Positions 57,857 to 64,000 of a stretch of DNA of 64,000 bases are shown piece by piece (positions within the stretch are counted from its first letter, which is position 1; each line of letters starts with the position of its first letter). The notes beneath the pieces were generated by a model. It was not told where the DNA came from. It saw only the letters and a program-made list of their open reading frames with translations, and made no database searches. A program made the translations under genes and the position numbers. Source of the DNA: an uncultured Dehalococcoidia bacterium (GTDB lineage: Bacteria; Chloroflexota; Dehalococcoidia; DSTF01; JACRBR01); contig CAZAPT010000017.1 of NCBI GenBank assembly GCA_964487335.1, positions 2,710-66,709 of the forward strand, given 5' to 3'.

Positions 57857-58765
57857 TCAGAGCTTCAACGCTTGTTCGATGACGTTGCGGGCGATGTATT
57901 CCAGCGTTTCAGGGCGATCCACGTTCGGCATGTTGAAGATGGCCTGATCTACGCCGGCCTCACCGAACTTGCGAAGACGCTCCAGCGCAGCTTCGGGCTC
58001 GAGCCAGCGGTCACCGCGGCGTTCGGGCGACACCCAGAGCGTGCCGAGCGTGGTCTTTTCGATCTCGTCGTACGTCCGGCCTTCGCCGTCGCAGTGCTCT
58101 CGGAGCACCGATGCGAGGCGGCGGAACTCTTGCACGCCGTTGTCGTCGAAGCCAACAGGGATGTTCGAAGCGTCGGCGTACTTCGCGACGAGTCGTAGTG
58201 TCTTCTTCTCGCCGCGGCCGCCGATGAGGATGGGAGGGTGGGGCTTCGACAGCGGGAGCGGAGAGGCGAGCGTTTCGGCGAGGCGGTAGTGCTTGCCCTC
58301 GAACGGGCCGTTCGCGTCGGGGTTCCACATCTGGTGCGCGATCCGCAGTGCTTCTTCGAGGCGTTGGAAGCGCTCCTTCAGCGGCGGGAACGGCACGCCC
58401 AGGCCGAGGTGCTCGCGCTCGAACCACGCGGCGCCGACGCCGACGTAGGCGCGGCCGCCGGAGAGGACGTCGAGCGTGGTGGCGGTCTTCACGAGAATGC
58501 CGGGGTGCCGGTAAGTCACGCCGGTCACCATCGTGCCGAGCCTGATCTTCGACGTCTTAGCGGCAGCGAAGGCGAGCGCGGTGTAGCCCTCGAGCATGTC
58601 GTTCTCGGCCTGACCGAGGCCCGGAAGCTGGAAGAAGTGATCCATCACCCAGAAGCTCGCGAAGCCGGCGTCCTCGGCGCGACGCGCTACGTCGCCGAAG
58701 GTCTCGCCGAGTCTCTCGGCTCCGCCCGGCCAGGTGAACCACGGGACTTGCAGTCCGATCTTCAT
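57857..58765 (-). CDS. LLM-class F420-dependent oxidoreductase
   Basis: MKIGLQVPWF start. LLM TIM-barrel motifs. Confidence 0.75.
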   Translation of the reverse strand: MKIGLQVPWFTWPGGAERLGETFGDVARRAEDAGFASFWVMDHFFQLPGLGQAENDMLEGYTALAFAAAKTSKIRLGTMVTGVTYRHPGILVKTATTLDVLSGGRAYVGVGAAWFEREHLGLGVPFPPLKERFQRLEEALRIAHQMWNPDANGPFEGKHYRLAETLASPLPLSKPHPPILIGGRGEKKTLRLVAKYADASNIPVGFDDNGVQEFRRLASVLREHCDGEGRTYDEIEKTTLGTLWVSPERRGDRWLEPEAALERLRKFGEAGVDQAIFNMPNVDRPETLEYIARNVIEQALKL

Positions 58766-58896
58766 CGCTGATCCTCAACTTTCGTGGCGCTGCGACGATG
58801 ATCGTAGCGCACGAATGCGTCGCGCGTTATGGCGCGTAGACGCTGGGCGATCGCGGTGCTAGTATCGCGATCGGCAGGGCAAAGATCGGGGAAACA

Positions 58897-59484
58897 GTGT
58901 TGCGGATCGGGATGATCTTCGCCGCCGTGCTCGCGTTCGCGTGCGCGTTCTTCTCCAACACGGCGTTTGCTCAGGGCAGCCGAGACCCGCTGATCGTGCC
59001 GCAGGAAGGCGGCCCGGGATCGCGGTTCCAGATCGTCGGGCAGCAGGGCTGGGCCGCGGGCGAGACGGTGACGATCTCGCTGGCGTTCACGACGGACGCG
59101 TCGGTCGTGGCGGCGCCTGACGCGTTTGCCGGACCGTTCACGCACCAGCGGATGGCGACGGTACTGCGCGACGGGACCTGGAGCTTCCCCATCAGCGTGA
59201 GCGACGACCTTTTGTCGATGCCGCTCGACGGGACCGACGGCTATATCGTCGTCCGGGCGCAGGCGGCGTCGCACACGGCCTCGAATACGTTCCACTACTC
59301 GCCGACCTCGACGGTGGCCGGGGCGATGGCCGCGTCCGGCTGGGGGCCGGACGGGGCGTCGCCGACGACGCTGTGGGGGATGATGCTGTTTGCGGCGGCG
59401 GTGGGAGGATTGTTGGTGATGAGCGGAGTCGGGCGGCGCTCATCGCTTGACGTCCGGGGAGGCACGGCTGGCGGGCACGCCTGA
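58897..59484 (+). CDS. Hypothetical secreted protein with C-terminal TM anchor
   Basis: Signal peptide (AFA-QGS). C-terminal hydrophobic helix plus basic residues. Confidence 0.45.
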   Translation: MLRIGMIFAAVLAFACAFFSNTAFAQGSRDPLIVPQEGGPGSRFQIVGQQGWAAGETVTISLAFTTDASVVAAPDAFAGPFTHQRMATVLRDGTWSFPISVSDDLLSMPLDGTDGYIVVRAQAASHTASNTFHYSPTSTVAGAMAASGWGPDGASPTTLWGMMLFAAAVGGLLVMSGVGRRSSLDVRGGTAGGHA

Positions 59485-59554
59485 AGACCTATCCCGACAA
59501 TCGTCGCAATACGCGGGCTGAAAGCCCGCGCTACGGAGAGGGAGCTACCGCTCC

Positions 59555-61516
59555 TTAGACCTCTAATCCGATCTCACGCAGGAAGGCGTCCATGTTGGGA
59601 TCGCGGCCGAGGAAGTCGCGGACGAGCACGTCGCCGTCTACGCTGCCCCCGCGCTCGAGTATGAGGGTGCGGTAGCGGCGGCCGGTGTCGCGATCGAAGA
59701 CGCCGCGCTGCTCGAAGCAGGTGAACATGTCGTCCCCGAAGACGCGCGACCAGAGATAGCCGTAATAGCCCGCGTCGTAGCCAAAGAGATGACCGAAGCC
59801 GGACTGGAAGTGCGTGCCCTCGGCGTAGGGGAAGCCGGTGATGGGGTACATCTCGCGGACGGCGCGCGTGGTGTCGCCGTCGAAGCCGGGGGAGTGGAGG
59901 GCGAGGTCGTAGCGGGCGAAGAACATCTGCCGCAACTCCTTGATGCCGGAGCTGACGTTCTTCGCGCGGACCATCGCCTGCAGCAGCTCGGAGGGCAGCG
60001 GCTCGCCGGTCTGGTGGTGGCGGGCGAAGCGTCCGAGCACCTCTTCGCTCCAGACCCAGTGCTCAAGCATCTGCGAGGGCGCCTCGACGAAGTCGCGCTC
60101 GGTCTGCGAGCCGCTGAACTCCAGGTACTTCGTGCGGGTGAGGGTCTGGTGGAGGACGTGGCCGAACTCGTGGAAGAACGTCACGACCTCGCTGTGACGC
60201 AGGAGCGACGGTGCATCGGGCGTGGGCTTGGTGAAGTTCGCCGTGATCGCGCTCATCGGTTGTTGGTATGAGCCGTCCGAGAGGACGCGGCCGCCGCGGA
60301 TGGTGTGGGCGGCGGCGTGGCGGAACTTGTTGGGGCGGGGGTAGAGATCCATGTAGAAGCGCGCGAACGGTTTCGACGCGGCCGCGTCGTAGATGTCGAA
60401 GACCTGCACGTCCTCGTGCCACTTCGAGGCGTCGGGCGCTGGCTCGTATCGGATGCCGAGCAGCTCTGCAGTGACGAGGAAGAGGCCCTCGAGGACGCGC
60501 TCGAGCGGGAAGTAGTTCGCGACCTCGAAGTCGTCGATGGCGTACTGGGTCTTGAGCAGCCGGTGTGTGTAGAAGTACCAGTCCCACGCGTTCACGGTGG
60601 CGTCGCCGCTGTGCTCTTGCTTCGCTCGGCCGAGGAGCTGCATGTCGATCCGGGCCTTAGCTTCGAGCTTGGCCTGCAGGTCACGGAGGAAGCGCTCGAC
60701 GCTCTCGCGCTTCTTCGCCATGCGCTTCTCGAGGACGTATGACGCCCACGAGTCGTAACCGAGCAGCGCCGCGATCTCGCTGCGGACGGCGATGGCGTCC
60801 TGGATGACTTTGATGTTGTCGGGACCGCCCTTCACCTGGTTCTTCAGGAACAGCTCGCGGCGCCAGTGCTCTGACTCCGCGTTGTCCATGAAGGGCAAGA
60901 TCTCGGGATAGTCGAGAGAGACGCGGTACTTCGTACGGCCCTCCTCCTCGACGGTCTTCAGGGCATCGATCCAGCGGTCGGGCATGCCGGAGAGGTCTTC
61001 GCGGTCGACGACGATCGCGTCGTCCCATTCGTCGATCGCCTTCTGGAACTGGACCCCCAGCTCGACCAGGCGGTTCTTCAGCTCCTCGACGCGGGCGCGG
61101 TGCTCCTTCGGCAGGGCGAAGCCGTTCCGGCGATAGTCGAGCATCGTGCGGTCGAGCAGGCGCTTCTCTTCGCCCTGTAGCGACTTCGCTTGCGCCGACT
61201 GGGCGTACTCGCGGACGGCGTTGTACAGGTCTTCGCGGAAGCCGAGCTGGACGGCGTACTGCTCGAGCTTCTGCTCCCAGTCGCGGGCGGTCTCGCGCAG
61301 GGCGTCGTCGGGCGCGACGTAGGCCATGAACGTGTACCAGCCGAGGGCCTGCACGACGTTATCGGTCGCGCTTTCGAGCGCGACGAAGGTGTTGGCGAAA
61401 GTGCGCTTGTCGCCGGACGTGGCGATGATGTCGGTGACGCCGGCATCACAGCGCTCCATAGCGCGCTGGCACTCGTCCGCGACGATCTGAGGGGTGAGCT
61501 TCTCGAAGTCGATCAT
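59555..61516 (-). CDS. M3-family zinc oligopeptidase (thimet oligopeptidase / Dcp-like)
   Basis: 653 aa. HEFGH zinc motif and downstream Glu. Confidence 0.85.
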   Translation of the reverse strand: MIDFEKLTPQIVADECQRAMERCDAGVTDIIATSGDKRTFANTFVALESATDNVVQALGWYTFMAYVAPDDALRETARDWEQKLEQYAVQLGFREDLYNAVREYAQSAQAKSLQGEEKRLLDRTMLDYRRNGFALPKEHRARVEELKNRLVELGVQFQKAIDEWDDAIVVDREDLSGMPDRWIDALKTVEEEGRTKYRVSLDYPEILPFMDNAESEHWRRELFLKNQVKGGPDNIKVIQDAIAVRSEIAALLGYDSWASYVLEKRMAKKRESVERFLRDLQAKLEAKARIDMQLLGRAKQEHSGDATVNAWDWYFYTHRLLKTQYAIDDFEVANYFPLERVLEGLFLVTAELLGIRYEPAPDASKWHEDVQVFDIYDAAASKPFARFYMDLYPRPNKFRHAAAHTIRGGRVLSDGSYQQPMSAITANFTKPTPDAPSLLRHSEVVTFFHEFGHVLHQTLTRTKYLEFSGSQTERDFVEAPSQMLEHWVWSEEVLGRFARHHQTGEPLPSELLQAMVRAKNVSSGIKELRQMFFARYDLALHSPGFDGDTTRAVREMYPITGFPYAEGTHFQSGFGHLFGYDAGYYGYLWSRVFGDDMFTCFEQRGVFDRDTGRRYRTLILERGGSVDGDVLVRDFLGRDPNMDAFLREIGLEV

Positions 61517-61654
61517 GGCGCTCCCGGGCGGGGACTTTGTTTTGTGAGTTTTCGTGTGTTGCAGCGTGCGCGGAGCGACGAGCGGGCTGCGCCTGAGGTT
61601 AGCGGGGAGGGGCGGGGATGTGGAAGCGCGGAGTGACAGTGGATCGACGGGTCG

Positions 61655-62236
61655 TCAAGCGTTTGTGGCGGCGATGATCTTCCGGGCGTGCTGGATGTGG
61701 TCGAGGTCGTGCACGCGCTGGAATCCGGCCCACTCCAGGCAGTTCAGCGGTCCGAAGAACGGGTGCGGCAGCTTCATCTCCATGTTGGGCTTCTCGGGGA
61801 GGTCGCGGACGGCTTCGAGCAGGGCTTCGTTGTAGCGGCGGAGGTCGTCGAGGATGTCGGCGTAGGGCTGGCCGGCGTCCTTCGGCATCATGCCGATGCC
61901 GGCGCCCTCGAAGTCTTCGGCGGAGGGGGTGGTGCCGCGGGCGATGTGGTGGATGAGCTTCGCGATGAGGCGCTCGGTGAAGGCGGTGTGGAGCGCGAGG
62001 TCGCGCAGCGACCACTCGTCAGGCGCGGGACTGCGGATCGCCTGTGGTTCCGGGACGGACTCGAAGATCTGGAGGAGCTGGCCCTGGGTCTCCGCGACGG
62101 CGTCGATGATCTGCGGGTGCGGGGTGGTACCCATGGTCTGCATCAGGTCCATGTAGGCTTCGCGCTGTTGGATGATGTCGTCGGAGATCATGAGCAGTGC
62201 GTCCTTCGCTGTCGCCGATGTCGTCCGATCGTACAT
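61655..62236 (-). CDS. DinB/YfiT-family protein (paralog 3)
   Basis: Internal Met start. The track ORF extends to 62353 through Arg-rich artefact. Confidence 0.55.
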   Translation of the reverse strand: MYDRTTSATAKDALLMISDDIIQQREAYMDLMQTMGTTPHPQIIDAVAETQGQLLQIFESVPEPQAIRSPAPDEWSLRDLALHTAFTERLIAKLIHHIARGTTPSAEDFEGAGIGMMPKDAGQPYADILDDLRRYNEALLEAVRDLPEKPNMEMKLPHPFFGPLNCLEWAGFQRVHDLDHIQHARKIIAATNA

Positions 62237-62537
62237 CCGGCGCGGGACGAGCGCATCACGGCGGATATGCCGATATAGCAGGCGCAGGGTGGCTTGCGGA
62301 CGAGTTTGGTTCGGGGAAGCCTGAGCCAGTACCCGGCGACGCGCATATCGCACTGCTGGTTTTAAAGCGTGTCGATCTCGCCGACCTCAGCCCCGCCTCA
62401 AACACGCTCGTGACTTCGCCACGAGGTTTGGCGCGGTTCACAAGAATTATGAGGCTCGCTTCCTAATGCCTGCGAATCGCTGGCGCAATATCGTGCTTAC
62501 CATTGGAGGATTCTGCTCAAAAGAGAGGAGACCACGG

Positions 62538-62963
62538 ATGGCACTGTCTGATCAGCTGTACACGCTCGCAGCTCGCACGAAGGAAGCCGAAGATCGGGCC
62601 GGCACGGCCGCCGCGAAATCACGGGAAGAGCTCGAGCAGGACATCGAGTCGGCGCACGCGGCGGCCGACATGCAAGTGTCCGACATGAAGTCGAAGTTCA
62701 AGTCGGCGATGGCGGACGTCTCGGAGCACTGGCACGAGGCGCAGCGAAAGTGGAACGACGAGGTGGAGAAGCTTCATCGCGACATGGATGAGAAGCGGGA
62801 AGAGCGCGATCTCCGCAAGGCGCAGAAGCAGGCTGATCGAATGGAGACGGACGCCGCGTACGCGATCGAATTCGCGATCATGGCGGTGGACGAAGCGGAG
62901 CGCGAGACGCTCGAGGCGGCGTTGCAGCGAAAGTACGCGGACGAGCTGGCGATGGCGAGGTAG
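62538..62963 (+). CDS. Hypothetical charged coiled-coil protein
   Basis: Internal Met start (MALSDQLYTLAARTKEAEDRA). Highly charged helical sequence. Confidence 0.45.
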   Translation: MALSDQLYTLAARTKEAEDRAGTAAAKSREELEQDIESAHAAADMQVSDMKSKFKSAMADVSEHWHEAQRKWNDEVEKLHRDMDEKREERDLRKAQKQADRMETDAAYAIEFAIMAVDEAERETLEAALQRKYADELAMAR

Positions 62964-62969
62964 TCGCGT

Positions 62970-63344
62970 CTAGCCCGCGAGGCGAACGGCGGCGAGGACG
63001 CACTCATCGAAGAACTTCGTCGCGTGGCCCCTGCCGGTGGTGTCGTCCAGCAGGAAGACATCGCCAGGTCCGAAGTCGCGGCTTGATCCGTCGCTGATCG
63101 TCACCTTGCCGTGACCGCGCAGGATGAGCATGAACTGGCGCGCCGGGGCGGGATGGTACGTCTCGCGATCCCACGCGTCATCGGCGGAGATCACCGCCAG
63201 GGTGGAAGCATCGCCGAGAGCGAGGTGATCGAGCGGCGGCGCGGGTGGAGCGTAGTCGGCGCGCTGCATCGGCAAGCGCACCTCTTCGAAGTGCGACTCC
63301 CCGTCAGCGCCGGCGTAGATGCGGCAATAGTTGAAGTTGCGCAT
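62970..63344 (-). CDS. Cupin-domain protein
   Basis: Start MRNFNYCRIYAG. The track ORF N-terminus overlaps tRNA-Cys, so the internal start is required. Confidence 0.6.
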   Translation of the reverse strand: MRNFNYCRIYAGADGESHFEEVRLPMQRADYAPPAPPLDHLALGDASTLAVISADDAWDRETYHPAPARQFMLILRGHGKVTISDGSSRDFGPGDVFLLDDTTGRGHATKFFDECVLAAVRLAG

Positions 63345-63404
63345 TGTTTCGTCAGCGCGTGAATGGCGGCGTCGACCCGTAGCGCGATTGTCAGCGGGAT
63401 GAGT

Positions 63405-63478
<74 letters not shown>

Positions 63479-63543
63479 CGGCGAGACCCGCACTAGCAAG
63501 CATCCGCCCTCGATGGGGGCGGACGCTGGTGCGTCGCGATGTT

Positions 63544-63628
63544 TGGTGCGGAGGAGGAGACTTGAACTCCTACGCCTTGCGGCACGGCCCCCTCAAGACC
63601 GCGTGTCTGCCTATTCCACCACCTCCGC
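63544..63628 (-). tRNA. tRNA-Leu (anticodon GAG), long variable arm
   Basis: Reverse-complement GCGGAGGTGGTGGAATAGGCAGACACGCGGTCTTGAGGGGGCCGTGCCGCAAGGCGTAGGAGTTCAAGTCTCCTCCTCCGCACCA. Anticodon loop TTGAGGG. Confidence 0.85.
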
Positions 63629-63811
63629 ATCAGCGGCGGCTGGCTTTCGCCCGCGCGACAGTATATCGGGCGAGGTGGCGGGCGGCCAAAGCGCGGCGGA
63701 CGAGAACAGAGAACGGAGAACAAAGAACAGTCCACGACAGACCACAGAGGCGGAGCTGGATGGGGTGGCAGACCGACTACCGGTGGGCACTTGATTGCTA
63801 TCCTTCCGCCC

Positions 63812-64000
63812 ATGACTGACGAGAAGGCGACGGAGCGGTTTCGGGCGGGGGAGTACTTCCTGGGCGTCGAGGGGCTGGCGATCGTGCGGTCGATCCTAAC
63901 GGATCCACGGCGGGCGCACGTGCGGGTGGAGGAGGCGCGGGGAATCGTCGCGAAGTTCGAGGAGTTTCCGCAGACGCTCGAATACAGCGTGACCGAGTAC
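63812..64000 (+). CDS. Hypothetical protein, 5' portion (runs off window end)
   Basis: ATG at 63812. MTDEKATERFRAGEYFLGVEGLAIVRSIL... with no stop before the edge. Ordinary composition. Confidence 0.35.
   Translation, partial: MTDEKATERFRAGEYFLGVEGLAIVRSILTDPRRAHVRVEEARGIVAKFEEFPQTLEYSVTEY

Overview
High-GC (~68-70%), gene-dense chromosomal window from a bacterium that probably uses cofactor F420 (Actinomycetota or Chloroflexota). It carries about 75 CDS, 3 tRNAs, and no rRNA, CRISPR array, integrase or transposase. The six-frame track contains many long Arg/Pro-rich antisense ORFs that are GC-content artefacts. The track counts GTG/TTG as starts, so several real genes begin at internal Met/Val codons. 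Hand-derived starts may be off by a few nt.

Gene order, left to right:
- Tad/Flp pilus fragment cpaB-cpaE-cpaF (cpaF runs off the 5' edge), preceded by an ECF sigma factor, with a divergent S41 lipoprotein peptidase.
- An extracellular-VWA / transmembrane / cytoplasmic-FHA protein divergent from a DUF815-like AAA+ ATPase. Their 600-bp spacer holds an orphan intrinsic terminator.
- A stand-alone cNMP-binding protein.
- Copper module: a Cys/His-motif membrane protein, a Met/His-rich lipoprotein, two tandem CopC genes, and a CopC-CopD-(YtkA-like)-cytochrome c fusion.
- Cyclase-family protein, GltD-like oxidoreductase, two SDRs, VIT1/CCC1 transporter, PAP2 phosphatase, class-III aminotransferase, MurE.
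- dTDP-rhamnose glycan cluster: rmlA-rmlB-rmlD-GT2-GT4-GT2, a convergent WecA-like initiating transferase, ROK kinase, dCMP deaminase. A ~480-nt structured leader follows, then Wzm/Wzt ABC exporter, a degenerate methyltransferase-like ORF and a DExRH diiron protein.
- F420-type enzymes (DUF385 nitroreductase-family, two LLM oxidoreductases, PPOX) and a 27%-His small protein.
- A TCA block (mdh, class-I fumarase alpha; beta subunit separated by three inserted genes), three DinB paralogs, NUDIX, DUF4177.
- A methyltransferase/acetyltransferase pair, beta-lactamase-like and FdtA-like cupin, Lrp, tRNA-Asp, FabG, RuvA, a degenerate GGDEF protein, an APH-family kinase, a Tat-amidohydrolase, an M3 peptidase, and tRNA-Cys/tRNA-Leu at the 3' end.

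The regions I would look at first are the VWA-FHA / AAA+ pair with its candidate sRNA, the copper locus with the CopC-CopD-cytochrome c fusion, the structured leader and start-less Wzm permease, the His-rich protein, and the GGDEF protein with a degenerate active site but intact I-site.
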